A stretch of DNA of 64,000 bases from an uncultured Gemmatimonadales bacterium (lineage in GTDB: Bacteria; Gemmatimonadota; Gemmatimonadetes; Gemmatimonadales; GWC2-71-9): positions 32,001-96,000 of the forward strand of contig CAWJMT010000012.1 in assembly GCA_963844035.1 (NCBI GenBank), written 5' to 3'. Below the pieces are notes generated by a model. The model was given only the letters and a program-made list of their open reading frames with translations, did not search any database and had not been told where the DNA came from. Position 1 is the first letter of the stretch. Every line of letters starts with the position of its first letter. Below are positions 30,053-40,553 of this stretch, piece by piece. The translations under genes and the position numbers were made by a program.

Positions 30053-32013
30053 CCCAGTTGAACTTTAGCGGCGTCGGCGTCGATTTCGGCGCCACGACGC
30101 TGTTTTCGGACGTCACCTTCACGGTGGCGCGCGGGCGAGCGCTGGGGCATCGTGGGCCGGAACGGCACCGGGAAGACGACGCTGTTCCGCCTGGTGACCG
30201 GGCGAGCTCGAGCCGACGCGCGGCACGGTCGCGCGTGCGCCCGGGCTGCGGGTGTCGCTGCTCGAGCAACACCGCGACTTCGGAGCGGCGACGACGGTGT
30301 GGGCGGCGGCGGCCGGGGGGCTGGCCGACCTGCTGGCCCTGGAGCAGTCCCTGGAGAAGCAGGCGGCGGCGCTCGCGCACGACGCGTCGCCCCAGGCGCT
30401 GCACCGCTACGGGGAGGACCTGGAGCGGTTCGAGCGGGAAGGCGGCTACGCCGTCACCTCGCGCATCGACACGGTGCTGCAGGGCCTCGAGTTCGATCCC
30501 GTGCAGGCTCGCGTCACGCCGCTCTCGGCGCTGAGCGGCGGCGAGCTGGGCCGCATCGGTCTGGCCCGCCAGCTCATGACCACCGCCGACGTGCTGCTGC
30601 TCGACGAGCCCACGAACCACCTGGACCTCGAGACCACTCGCTGGCTCGAGCAATACCTTGCCGCGAGTGAGCGGACCGTGCTGCTCGTGAGCCATGACCG
30701 CGCGTTCCTGGCGGGCACGGTCGATCACGTCCTGCACTTCGAGGGCGACACCGCCACCGCCGTACACGGGGGGCTACGCGGCGTTCGTGGTCCAACGCGC
30801 CGAGCGCCGGCTGGCGCAGCAGCGGGCCTATGAGCAGCAGCAGCGGGTGGTCGCGCACGAGCAGGACTACATCGCCCGCAACATCGCCGGCCAGAACAGC
30901 AAGCAGGCGAAGGGGCGGCGCAAGCGCCTCGAGAGCCTGCCGCGGCTCAGTCCGGTGGTGTCGGCCGACGGCACCATGGCGCTGCGGTTCGAGGTCGCCG
31001 AGCGGGGTGGCGACCAGGTGCTGAACGCCAAGGATGTGAGTGTCGGGGTCGGCGTCCCGCACGCTGGTCGAGCGGTTCAGCGGGACGCTGGAGCGGACCG
31101 GCGTCCTGGGGATCATCGGACCGAACGGGGCGGGGAAGTCCACGCTGCTCAAGGCGCTGCTGGGGGAGCACCCGACGCTCGGCGGCGAGCTGCGGCTCGG
31201 CGCTTCGATCACGGTCGGGTACTACCGGCAGGATCTGTCACAGGTGCCGTTGAAAAAGGCGGTCTACGACGTCATCGCCGACATGCGCCCGTTGTGGGAG
31301 CGCGGGCGCATCCAGGGGCACCTGGGGCGCTTCGGGTTCTCCGGCAAGGAGGTGCTGCGGCGCGCCGACACGCTGTCAGGCGGCGAGCGGGCCCGCCTCG
31401 CGTTGGCGATCCTGATGTTGTCGCGGGCCAACCTCCTGGTGCTCGACGAGCCGACCAATCATCTCGATGTGGAATCGATCGAAGCGCTCGAGGACGCCAT
31501 CCAGGAGTACGACGGCACGGTGATCCTGGTGAGCCACGACCGGGAGCTGCTGCGCGCGCTGACGACGCGGCATCTGGGTCCTGCACGAGCGGCGGATGAC
31601 CGAGTTCGCCGGCGGGTTCGCCGAGTGGGAGGAAGTGAGCACGGAGCGCGCGCACGCCGCGGCGGTACGCGCCGCCGAGGATCAGGCGCTGCGGCAGGTC
31701 CATGAGCGCCAGCGCGTGGCCGCTCCGCGAAGGGGGATGCGGCGCCGACGACCCGCGCAAGGCGCTGCGCCGCGCGCAGCGCGATCTGGAGGAGGCGGAG
31801 GCGGCGGTGGCGGAGCTCGAAGCTCGGATCGCGCCGGTGGTCGCCGCGCTCGAAGACCCGGCGCTGTACACGCGCCCCGACGGCGCCGCGACGGCCCGCA
31901 AGCTCGGCGCCGAGCTCGAGACGCTGAAGCGTGATCTCGATGCGGCGCTCGAGCGGTGGACCCAGGCTACCGAGCGGGTGGAGACCCTGGCTAAGGCGCC
32001 TTCACGACCGTGA
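30049..32013 (+). CDS. ABC-F family ATP-binding protein (multiple frameshifts)
   Basis: Two ABC domains: [28 protein letters not shown], then [22 protein letters not shown]. Coiled-coil tail. Confidence 0.92.
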
Positions 32014-32404
32014 GGGTGACGTTGCCGTCCGTCTTCGAGAAGACGAACTCGATCTGCCAGGATCCAGGGGTCCCATGCATGGTGACGGCCGATCCATTCG
32101 TCGTCAGTGCCGATTGGAACAGCACCCCGCCCCCGGGCCCGCGAACGGTGAAGGCAACCGTGCCGCCGATCAGGTTCGACGAATTGCTGACAACGGCGCT
32201 GTCACCCGTGGTGATCCAGTTGTAGCTCAAGCTTTGCGACACGTTGGACATGTTGGAGACCTTGAACGCGAAGTTGTCCGGCGCAAGGCTCACCATGAGC
32301 TGGTTCTCCACCCCCAACACATTGTCCCCACTGCACATGGTCGATCCGACGAGCACGATGGCCAGCACCAGCGTGCGGAATGGGGACTGCGTGAAGACCC
32401 TCAT
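31991..32404 (-). CDS. Hypothetical exported beta-rich protein, possible lipoprotein
   Basis: AAGGAG RBS. MRVFTQSPFRTLVLAIVLVGSTMC followed by a S/T/N-rich domain. Confidence 0.7.
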   Translation of the reverse strand: MRVFTQSPFRTLVLAIVLVGSTMCSGDNVLGVENQLMVSLAPDNFAFKVSNMSNVSQSLSYNWITTGDSAVVSNSSNLIGGTVAFTVRGPGGGVLFQSALTTNGSAVTMHGTPGSWQIEFVFSKTDGNVTLTVVKAP

Positions 32405-32533
32405 TGAGTCGCTCCTTGAGGATTGCTGTACGCGATTGGCAAGGATGGTGGAACGCTGCCGGAAACTCGTCGTGGCTGGGATGTGTGTCAAGGATTGCGA
32501 TCGCACCGCCACTTCCACTCCGCACGTACTACT

Positions 32534-33622
32534 TCAGCAGTGCCCCTCAGGCGCAACCATTGCCGGCACCCGGGTCGCCGGACTCAGTAAGCCGTCGGGG
32601 TAGGACGCGGTGACCTCGTAGTAGTAGTCGATCGATAGCAGGTGGCCGTCGCAATGCGTTTTCCCGCTGTAGCGGTTCTGTGTGTCCGCGAAGGACAGTT
32701 CCGTCGTAGACCCTTCCGCACTGAGCGCGCCTTCCCCGACGGTCACGCGGCCGTCCTCGCCGTAGACGGTGTAGGCGCCCACCAGGTTGACGGTGTAGCG
32801 CACCGCTGCCCTCGGGGCGCCCCAGGACACGGTCGGGGACCCACCCGGGTACGAGACCGAGACGTCCGGCACATGGGGCGGGTATATCGTGTTGAGCGTG
32901 CGGATGTCCTTCGTGCTGAGGCTGTCCAGCTGGCCCATGAGGTAGCCCCGGCCGCGACGGGACTGAATTGTCTTGAGCAGTGCACCATTCACGCCTCGCT
33001 TCACCCCGAACGCGGTATCCGAGTAGTGCATGATCGAGGCTTCGTCGTACTCCCCGAAGTCCACGCCGAAGCCGCAGCTCTTTTCGAACTGATGCCGGGC
33101 GAGTTGGGTCGGTTCGATATTGGACCAGATGATTGTCACGTACTTGTCGCGGTCGCAGCGGTTCTGCTCGTGCCGGAACCCCAACACGTGTAACAGCTCG
33201 TGAATCACCCCGTTCGCCCCACACATTTCTCCCAACCACACCACCGACTCGCCCCCTTCCCGGCCCTCCACCTCGGACAAGCAGTCGTCGGCGGGACGAA
33301 ACAGGATGTAGTCCCTCTCAATGGTGCGCGGCTTGAACGTGACGCCGAACGCCCGGGCCTGGATCCGTGCGATGGCGGAATCCACTCGAGCGCGTGACTG
33401 GTCCGGGAGGTCCGGGGCGAAGGTGTAGGGAACCTGTCCGCGCGCCCAACGGTGTCTTTTCGGAGCGACGACACCGGCCGGCTGGAGCTCTCCGGCGGGG
33501 CGTAACTCCATGCGCGGGCGGGCGATGAGCTCGATGGGACGGGCGGCGACGTCCAGCGCATCCAGGGTGACCGAGGCAGACTGGCAGGCAGCGGCGAGAG
33601 CCAGCGCCATGCCCGGGGTCAT
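32534..33622 (-). CDS. Astacin-like M12A zinc metalloprotease, putative lipoprotein
   Basis: HELLHVLGFRHEQNRCDRD zinc motif, SIMHY Met-turn, LAAAC lipobox-like. Confidence 0.88.
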   Translation of the reverse strand: MTPGMALALAAACQSASVTLDALDVAARPIELIARPRMELRPAGELQPAGVVAPKRHRWARGQVPYTFAPDLPDQSRARVDSAIARIQARAFGVTFKPRTIERDYILFRPADDCLSEVEGREGGESVVWLGEMCGANGVIHELLHVLGFRHEQNRCDRDKYVTIIWSNIEPTQLARHQFEKSCGFGVDFGEYDEASIMHYSDTAFGVKRGVNGALLKTIQSRRGRGYLMGQLDSLSTKDIRTLNTIYPPHVPDVSVSYPGGSPTVSWGAPRAAVRYTVNLVGAYTVYGEDGRVTVGEGALSAEGSTTELSFADTQNRYSGKTHCDGHLLSIDYYYEVTASYPDGLLSPATRVPAMVAPEGHC

Positions 33623-33667
33623 CCTTAAGAGTGAGGTCAATATCCACCGATGGAGCTAGAGGATACC

Positions 33668-33698
33668 GCAATAGGGGGTGTTCCGGGGGGTGTGTCAA
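33668..33698 (-). promoter_or_regulatory. Putative sigma70 promoter of the astacin-like gene
   Basis: TTGACA-N19-TATTGC on the minus strand. The spacer contains homopolymers. Confidence 0.4.
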
Positions 33699-34025
33699 GC
33701 AGGGATCACATTTCTGCTCTTTGAGCCTTGACTGGCGGGTCGACTGCAGGCGTTCACGTTCGATCTGGGAACGAGTCGTGGACGTTCTCGACGTGACGGT
33801 AGTCACGCATCGCCGGGCTGCAGTACGTCGGGCGCGGTGACGTGATCAGCGGTCGCACGGAGGGCCAGCTCGCCGCGCAGCGCCGACTCGCTCGCGGGAC
33901 TTGATGTAACGGGTCGTGAACCACTTCGCGTTAGGGCTTCAAGCATCAGCCTTGTTTGAGGTTACGCTTTGCATTAGCTTGATGCGCCCGAGCCGCGCCT
34001 GCCCAACTCTTTCATCCTACGAGCC

Positions 34026-35069
34026 GTGCCGATACGCTGGCCGAACTTCAAAATCGGTGTGTGGAGCCCGGCCAACGAGATCGCCGTGGATCTCGGCACG
34101 GCGAATACCCTCGTCTATGTAAAGGGCGAGGGGATCGTCCTGAACGAGCCCTCGGTTGTGGCGATCGAGAAGGCCACCGGGAAGATCAAAGGGATCGGGC
34201 TCGAGGCCAAGCGCATGCTCGGCCGCACCCCTGACGGCATCCTGGCCGTCCGGCCGCTCAAGGACGGCGTGATCGCCGACTTCGACGTGACCGAGAAGAT
34301 GCTCCGCTTTTTCCTCAAGACGATCATCGACCGGCACCTGTTCCGCGTCAAGCCGAAGGTCATCGTGTGCGTGCCGAGCGGGATCACCGAGGTGGAGAAG
34401 CGGGCGGTGCGCGACTCGGCGCAGTCCGCCGGCGCCAAGGAGGTCTACATGGTCGCCGAGCCGATGGCGGCGGCGATCGGCGTCGGGCTCCCGGTCGAGA
34501 CGCCCACCGGCAACATGGTGATCGACATCGGCGGCGGTACGACGGAGATCGCGGTGATCGCGCTTTCCGGGATCGTCTCGGATACCTCGATCCGCACCGG
34601 CGGCGACGAGCTGGACCAGGCGATCGTGCAGTTCATGCGGAAGAACTACAACCTCCTGATCGGCGAGCCGACCGCCGAGCTGATCAAGATCCAGATCGGC
34701 TCCGCCGCGCCGGTCGGCGAAGAGCGCGAAATGGAGGTCAAGGGGCGCGACCTGGTCTCCGGGATCCCAAAGATCGTACGCGTGCACTCGAGCGAGATTC
34801 GGGAGGCGGTCCAGGAGCCGATCCAGCAGATCGTGGATGCCGTGCGCCGGTGCCTCGAGATCACGCCCCCCGAGCTGGCGAGCGATATCGTGGACCGCGG
34901 CATCGTGATGACCGGAGGCGGGGCGCTCATCCGCGGGCTCGATGTGCTGCTGCAGCAGGAGACGGGCCTGCCGATTCATCTCGATGAGGATCCCATGACC
35001 TGCGTGGTCCGCGGGACCGGGCGCATCCTCGACGATCCGGAGAAATACCGCAACGTCCTCACCACGTAG
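34026..35069 (+). CDS. mreB: Rod shape-determining protein MreB
   Basis: VDLGTANTLV, EPMAAAIG, DIGGGTTE, TGGGALIRG. Confidence 0.98.
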   Translation: MPIRWPNFKIGVWSPANEIAVDLGTANTLVYVKGEGIVLNEPSVVAIEKATGKIKGIGLEAKRMLGRTPDGILAVRPLKDGVIADFDVTEKMLRFFLKTIIDRHLFRVKPKVIVCVPSGITEVEKRAVRDSAQSAGAKEVYMVAEPMAAAIGVGLPVETPTGNMVIDIGGGTTEIAVIALSGIVSDTSIRTGGDELDQAIVQFMRKNYNLLIGEPTAELIKIQIGSAAPVGEEREMEVKGRDLVSGIPKIVRVHSSEIREAVQEPIQQIVDAVRRCLEITPPELASDIVDRGIVMTGGGALIRGLDVLLQQETGLPIHLDEDPMTCVVRGTGRILDDPEKYRNVLTT

Positions 35070-35070
35070 C

Positions 35071-35931
35071 GCCATCACACTGGGCGCGGACCGGTACGCG
35101 TCCCGGGGCGACTGGATCCTGTTCATCGTGTGCGTCCTGTGCTCCGGTGCCGCGATGGGACTGCCCGATCGAGTGCGCGCCCCCCTGGCGCGCGTAATCC
35201 GCCAGACCGTGCTCGCGCCGTTCCTCACCCTCCAGGAAAAGTCTGAGCTGCTCTCCGCGTCGGTCTCGCGCTACCAGGCCGTCGTCGCCGCGCGCGATTC
35301 CGCGGCGCTCGTCGCGACCTTTCTCCCGGAGCTGCGCAATGAGAACGTGCGCCTGCGCAGCCTGCTCGGACTCGGCGCGAGGCTCGGAACGGGCTACGTC
35401 GCAACCGAGGTGCTGCATCAGTCGGTCCCGACCGATCCCCTGACGCTGGTCGTCGCCGCGGGCCGGCGGCAGGGCGTCCGCCCCCTCGCGGGGGTGATCA
35501 GCCCCGAAGGCCTGGTGGGGGTCGTCAGCGCGGTGGACGAGCGGACCAGCATTGTGGTCACCTGGGCGCACCCGGAGTTCCGCGCCAGCGCCATGGCGCT
35601 GGACGGCAGCGTCTACGGCATCGTCGGCGCGCGCGGCACCGACGGGCCGCGCACCTGGATGCTCGAGCTGCGGGGCGTCCCCTACCGCCAGCTGGTGCCC
35701 GACGGCACGGTGATCGTCACCTCAGGCCTCGGGGGGGTGTTCCCCCGCGGCATCCCGCTCGGGAGCGTCGTCGGGATGGGGCGTGAGGCCGAAGGGTGGG
35801 AGCGGACCTACCTGCTGCGCCCGGCGGTCGCCCCGTCGAGCGTGTCCCACGTGATGATTCTCATCGGCCCCCGGCCGGGCGGGACCGCTCGCAGCGTCTT
35901 CGAGACCCCTCCGAGCGGTGACACGCGGTGA
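35071..35931 (+). CDS. mreC: Rod shape-determining protein MreC (start uncertain)
   Basis: ELRNENVRLRSLL, GLVGVV, VTSGLGGVFPRGIPLG. Confidence 0.9.
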   Translation, partial: AITLGADRYASRGDWILFIVCVLCSGAAMGLPDRVRAPLARVIRQTVLAPFLTLQEKSELLSASVSRYQAVVAARDSAALVATFLPELRNENVRLRSLLGLGARLGTGYVATEVLHQSVPTDPLTLVVAAGRRQGVRPLAGVISPEGLVGVVSAVDERTSIVVTWAHPEFRASAMALDGSVYGIVGARGTDGPRTWMLELRGVPYRQLVPDGTVIVTSGLGGVFPRGIPLGSVVGMGREAEGWERTYLLRPAVAPSSVSHVMILIGPRPGGTARSVFETPPSGDTR

Positions 35932-36425
35932 GGCGCAGCGATCGCTATCGGTTCGTGGTGATTCTGGCCACCCTGGTCGTGCTGCAGTTTTCGCTGCGGC
36001 CCCGCCTGGGGGACGAACGCATGGCCCCGGACTTCCTGCTGCTGGCCCTGCTCATCTACACGATCCGGGCGCGGCCCGGAAAGAGCGCCGCCGCCGGATT
36101 CCTGGTCGGTCTGCTGCGCGACGCGCTCACCCCGGCCTCGTTCGGCGCGGGAGCGCTGGCGCACACCCTGGTGGGTTACCTCTCCGCCTGGAGCAAAGCG
36201 GTGTTTTTCGCGGAGAACCTCTTCGTCAACGGCTGTCTGTTCTTTGCGGGGACGTGGGTGCGCAACCTCGTGATGGCGGTGGCGTCGGGAAAAATGCGGG
36301 GCGGTTTGTTGGGATGGGAGTTGCTGGTCTGGTCGCCGATCCAGAGTCTCACGACAGCGCTCGTGGGGGTCATCGTGCTGTGGCTGTTCGGACGCCACCT
36401 GGCGATCCGGATGAGTGACGCATGA
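35928..36425 (+). CDS. mreD: Rod shape-determining protein MreD
   Basis: Hydrophobic, PDFLL, GFLVGLLRD. Lies between mreC and mrdA. Confidence 0.9.
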   Translation: MRRSDRYRFVVILATLVVLQFSLRPRLGDERMAPDFLLLALLIYTIRARPGKSAAAGFLVGLLRDALTPASFGAGALAHTLVGYLSAWSKAVFFAENLFVNGCLFFAGTWVRNLVMAVASGKMRGGLLGWELLVWSPIQSLTTALVGVIVLWLFGRHLAIRMSDA

Positions 36426-38392
36426 CGGCGTTTCATCCGCACCTCGTCACCCGGCGGGTAGGGGTCGCGCGGCTGGTCCTGTGGGTGACGCTTGGCGTGT
36501 TGCTGGTCGCCTTCTTCAAGGCGCAGATCCTCGAGCACAGCAAATTCCAACTGCAGTCCGAGTCCAACCGGCTGCGCCCGATCCCCCTCCCGGCGCCGCG
36601 CGGCATCATCACCGATCGCAACGGCAAGATCATCGCCGAGAACGTCCCGGGGTACACCGTGTCGTTGCTCCCCGGCGATGAAGCGGGGATGCGCGCGACG
36701 CTGGGGCGCATCGCCCCGTTCGTGAAACTCGACAGCGTGGGCATGGCGCGGGTGATGGCGCGGTACCGCAAGGCGCCCTACCTGCCCGCGCTGATCGTAC
36801 CGGACGCCAAGTTCGACGTGGTGGCCCAGCTCGAGGAGCGCCGGCTGTTGATCCCCGGCCTGTTGATCCAGCCCGGGCCGAAGAGGTACTACCCCGACTC
36901 CGGCGTCGCTGCGCACTTGGTGGGCAATATCGGCGAGGTGACCGAAGCGGAGCGGACCCAGATGCGGTTCGCGTCGGTGCGGCTGGGCGGCCTCGTCGGT
37001 AAGGATGGGCTGGAGCGCGAGTATGACGATTCGTTGCGGGGCTCGGACGGCCTGCGGTTCGTCGAGGTCAGCGCGCTGGGTCACGTGGTCCGCGAGGCGG
37101 GTGCGGCCCCGACGTTGCCGCCGGTGGCGGGGAGTGTGGTGCACACCACCATCGATCTCGATCTGCAGCGCTTCATCGCGCGCATCTTTCCGGCGGGCCA
37201 TCGCGGCGGCGTCCTGGCGATGAACCCCAACACCGGCGAGATCCTGGCGCTGTACAGCGCTCCCGGGTTCGACCCCAATGCCTTCGTGGGCGGGATCGAT
37301 CCGGCGTACTGGTCCAAACTGAGCGACAACGCGACGCACCCCCTCTTCAACCGCGTCATCCAGGCTCGTTACCCGCCCGGGTCCACGTGGAAGCTCGCCA
37401 CCGCCTCCATGGCGCTGAAGCGTGGGCTGATCACCCTCAATAGCCACATGCCGATCCCCTGCCGCGGCGGCCTGCAGTACGGCAATCGCTTCTTCCGCTG
37501 CTGGAAGGCGGATGGTCACGGCGACCTCGCGTTGACGGATGCCATCGCCCAGAGCTGCGACGTGTATTTCTATCAGCTGGGGTTGAAAATCGGCCTCACC
37601 TCGCTGCTCGAAGACGCCAATGCCTTCGGCTTCCGCTCGCTCACCGGAGTAGACCTGCCGGGCGAGATCCGCTCGGAGTTCCCGAACGGCCCCGAGTACT
37701 ACGACCGCCTATATGGTGCGCGCCGTTGGACCGCGGCCGTGACCCTGAACCTGGCCATCGGGCAGGGGGAGAATGCTCAGACGCTCGTGGAGATGGTGCG
37801 GTTCTATCAGATGCTCGCGAGCGACGGCTTGGAGCGGCCGCCCTACGTCGTCCGCCCGCCCCACGGCACGGGGGTGAGCCTGGGGCTGACGGCGGCGCAG
37901 CTCGACGGGTTGCGGAAGGCGATGATCAGCGTCGTGTCGAGCGGCACCGCCCGCGGCGCGGGCCGGTTCACGACGGTCCAGATCGCCGGCAAGACCGGCA
38001 CGTCGCAGAACCCCCATGGGCCCGCGCACGGCTGGTTCATCGGGTTCGCGCCCGCCGACAAGCCGGAGATCGTCGTCGGTGCGATCGTCGAGTTCGCCCG
38101 GGAGGGCCCGTGGGTCGCGCCGCTCGTGGCGCGGGTGATCGCGCGCTACCTTGGCGCCGATTCGACCGCCGAATCCGACGTGCGCATGACGCTGCCGACC
38201 GATACGGCGCCGCACCCCGTGCGGCTGCGAGGCGCCCCTGTCGACAGCGGGGTGCCCGAGGACGTCACTCCACCCGAGGGCACACCGCCGCCGGCCGGCA
38301 TTCCGGAGGGCACGCCGCCGCCGGGCGGCATTCCTACGTTCCCCGACCAACAAGACTCGCTCGATGCGCCCCCGGTTCCGGGACCTCGATAG
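36422..38392 (+). CDS. mrdA: Penicillin-binding protein 2
   Basis: PGSTWK (SxxK), SCD, KTGT, APRGIITDRNG. Confidence 0.95.
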   Translation: MTAFHPHLVTRRVGVARLVLWVTLGVLLVAFFKAQILEHSKFQLQSESNRLRPIPLPAPRGIITDRNGKIIAENVPGYTVSLLPGDEAGMRATLGRIAPFVKLDSVGMARVMARYRKAPYLPALIVPDAKFDVVAQLEERRLLIPGLLIQPGPKRYYPDSGVAAHLVGNIGEVTEAERTQMRFASVRLGGLVGKDGLEREYDDSLRGSDGLRFVEVSALGHVVREAGAAPTLPPVAGSVVHTTIDLDLQRFIARIFPAGHRGGVLAMNPNTGEILALYSAPGFDPNAFVGGIDPAYWSKLSDNATHPLFNRVIQARYPPGSTWKLATASMALKRGLITLNSHMPIPCRGGLQYGNRFFRCWKADGHGDLALTDAIAQSCDVYFYQLGLKIGLTSLLEDANAFGFRSLTGVDLPGEIRSEFPNGPEYYDRLYGARRWTAAVTLNLAIGQGENAQTLVEMVRFYQMLASDGLERPPYVVRPPHGTGVSLGLTAAQLDGLRKAMISVVSSGTARGAGRFTTVQIAGKTGTSQNPHGPAHGWFIGFAPADKPEIVVGAIVEFAREGPWVAPLVARVIARYLGADSTAESDVRMTLPTDTAPHPVRLRGAPVDSGVPEDVTPPEGTPPPAGIPEGTPPPGGIPTFPDQQDSLDAPPVPGPR

Positions 38393-39611
38393 GCAGCTGC
38401 TGGGCGTCGTCGGGGCGCTCGCGGCGTTCGGCCTCGCGACCCTGTACTCGGCGGGTCAGACCGACGTACCGACCTTCGCCACCACGATCTGGCATCGCCA
38501 GTTGTTGTGGCTCGGGGTTGGGCTGGTCCTGATGCTCTTCATGTATCGGGTCTCGCCGCGGATGCTCGAATGGGCGACGCCGTTTGCCTACGGCGCGGTC
38601 GTGTGCCTGCTGTTGCTGACGCTCGTGGCCGGTGTCGGGGGAGGTACGGCGGCGAGCAGCCGGTCGTGGATTGCGATCGGTGGGGTGCGGATCGGGCAGC
38701 CGGCGGAGCTCGCGAAACTTGCCGCGATTCTGATGCTCGCCCGGTGGCTGGCGACGCGACGCGAGGGACCCGCCACCCTGCGTGAGCTGGCCCCCGCGAT
38801 TGCCATCATCGGCGTCCCGCTCGTCCTCGTCCTCCTACAGCCGGACCTGGGGAGCGCGCTGGTGTTCGTCGCGGTCATGTTCGCCATGCTGTTCTGGGCG
38901 GGGACTAAGCCCACGCTGCTGTTCATGCTCGCGTCTCCGGTGATCGGGCTGACGCTGGCGTTTTCCACCGGAGTGTGGGGCGCGTGGATCGTCGTGCTGT
39001 TCGGACTCTTGTTGTGGTGGCGGCCCTATCTCTGGGAAGGGCTCGCCGTGATGCTCGCCAACGTCGGCATGGGCGTAATCGCACTGCCGTTCTGGAAGCA
39101 TCTGCAGCCCTACCAGCAGAACCGGTTGCTCGCGTTCCTCAATCCCGAGGTCGACCCCAGAGCCACGGGGTGGCACGTCATTCAGTCCAAGGTGGCGATC
39201 GGGTCGGGGGGCCTGTTCGGGAAGGGGTTCACGCTCGGGACCCAGAAGCGGCTGGCGTTTCTCCCAGCCCAGCACACTGATTTCATCTTTTCCGTGGTCG
39301 GGGAGGAGCTGGGGTTCCTGGGGGTGCTATTGGCCCTGGGCCTGTTTGCCGCCCTGTTGATCACCTTGCTGCGGATGGCGCGCCGGGCGACCGACCCCTA
39401 TTCCAGCCTGTGCGTGTTCGGGTGTACGGCGCTGCTCTTCACCCATATCATCGAAAACATCGGGATGACGGTGAACTTGCTGCCGATTACCGGGATTCCC
39501 CTGCCGTTTTTCTCCTACGGAGGGTCGTTTTTGATCGTTTGCTCCCTCTCGATCGGGATCGCTCTAAGGGTCGCTTTGGAGTCCCGGCAGTCCGGCTATG
39601 TTGATCTATGA
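38364..39611 (+). CDS. rodA: Rod shape-determining protein RodA
   Basis: QPAELAK, QPDLGSA, QSKVAIGSGG, HTDFIF, GIPLPFFSYGGS. Confidence 0.95.
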   Translation: MRPRFRDLDRQLLGVVGALAAFGLATLYSAGQTDVPTFATTIWHRQLLWLGVGLVLMLFMYRVSPRMLEWATPFAYGAVVCLLLLTLVAGVGGGTAASSRSWIAIGGVRIGQPAELAKLAAILMLARWLATRREGPATLRELAPAIAIIGVPLVLVLLQPDLGSALVFVAVMFAMLFWAGTKPTLLFMLASPVIGLTLAFSTGVWGAWIVVLFGLLLWWRPYLWEGLAVMLANVGMGVIALPFWKHLQPYQQNRLLAFLNPEVDPRATGWHVIQSKVAIGSGGLFGKGFTLGTQKRLAFLPAQHTDFIFSVVGEELGFLGVLLALGLFAALLITLLRMARRATDPYSSLCVFGCTALLFTHIIENIGMTVNLLPITGIPLPFFSYGGSFLIVCSLSIGIALRVALESRQSGYVDL

Positions 39612-39686
39612 CAATTAGTTAGCGAAGCGGGTCTGGCGCCGGGGGACGGTCCCCAGCAAATTGACGCCTTACAGAACCCCTCTCAC

Positions 39687-40553
39687 ATGGCGCGAATGGC
39701 CTGGTTCAAGAAAGAACGTAAGCCACGCACGACCGAGCGGGTCCGCCTCGAGATCCCCGCCGACGCATGGGAAAAATGCGACGCGTGCGGGCACACCGAT
39801 ATCAAAGAGCGCTTTGTCCAGGCGCTCAACGTCTGCCCCAGCTGCGGCCATCACCGTCGCATCCTCGCCCAGGAGTACATCGACCTCCTGGTGGACGAGG
39901 GCTCCTGGCACGAGCTGGACACCAAGCTTCGCTCCGCCGACCCCCTGACGTTTGAGAGCTATAAAGAGCGCCTCGCGGCCGCCATGAAGAAGGCCGGGCC
40001 GCTCGAAGGGGTCCGCACTGGATACGCGCGTCTCGACGGCATGCCACTCGATCTGGCGGTAATGGACTTCGCCTTTATGGGTGGGTCCATGGGCTCGGTG
40101 GTGGGGGAGAAGATCGCCCGGCTGACCCGGCGCTCGGCGGAGAAGGGCATTCCCTTGGTCATCGTCTCGACGTCGGGTGGGGCACGGATGCAGGAGGGGG
40201 TGCTGTCCCTCATGCAAATGGCGAAGACGTCGGTCGAGATCGCCCGGCTGCAGCGGGCCGGGGTGCCGTTCATCTCCGTCCTGACCAACCCGACGACGGG
40301 CGGCGTCTCGGCCTCCTATGCGATGCAGGGCGACGTCATCCTAGCCGAGCCGGGGGCCGTTGTCGGCTTTGCAGGGCCGCGAGTCATCAAGCAGACGATC
40401 GGGCAGGACCTTCCGGAAGGCTTCCAAACCGCAGAATTTCTCCTCGAACATGGCATGGTTGACGCCGTAGTGCCGCGCAGTGAGCTACGCGGGACCGCCG
40501 CGCGCCTGATGCGTCACATGGCGGGCCGGCAGCCGTCGGAGGCTGCCGACTGA
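39687..40553 (+). CDS. accD: Acetyl-CoA carboxylase carboxyltransferase beta subunit
   Basis: WEKCDAC...CPSC zinc finger, FMGGSMG, GGARMQEG, PTTGGVSAS. Confidence 0.96.
   Translation: MARMAWFKKERKPRTTERVRLEIPADAWEKCDACGHTDIKERFVQALNVCPSCGHHRRILAQEYIDLLVDEGSWHELDTKLRSADPLTFESYKERLAAAMKKAGPLEGVRTGYARLDGMPLDLAVMDFAFMGGSMGSVVGEKIARLTRRSAEKGIPLVIVSTSGGARMQEGVLSLMQMAKTSVEIARLQRAGVPFISVLTNPTTGGVSASYAMQGDVILAEPGAVVGFAGPRVIKQTIGQDLPEGFQTAEFLLEHGMVDAVVPRSELRGTAARLMRHMAGRQPSEAAD

Noticed and set aside
33700..34020. Possible small ORF or ncRNA upstream of mreB
   Set aside because: No convincing reading frame, RBS or recognisable structure.
35060..35130. Non-canonical start for mreC
   Set aside because: There is no clear RBS-start pair, and a lost base in the assembly is equally likely.
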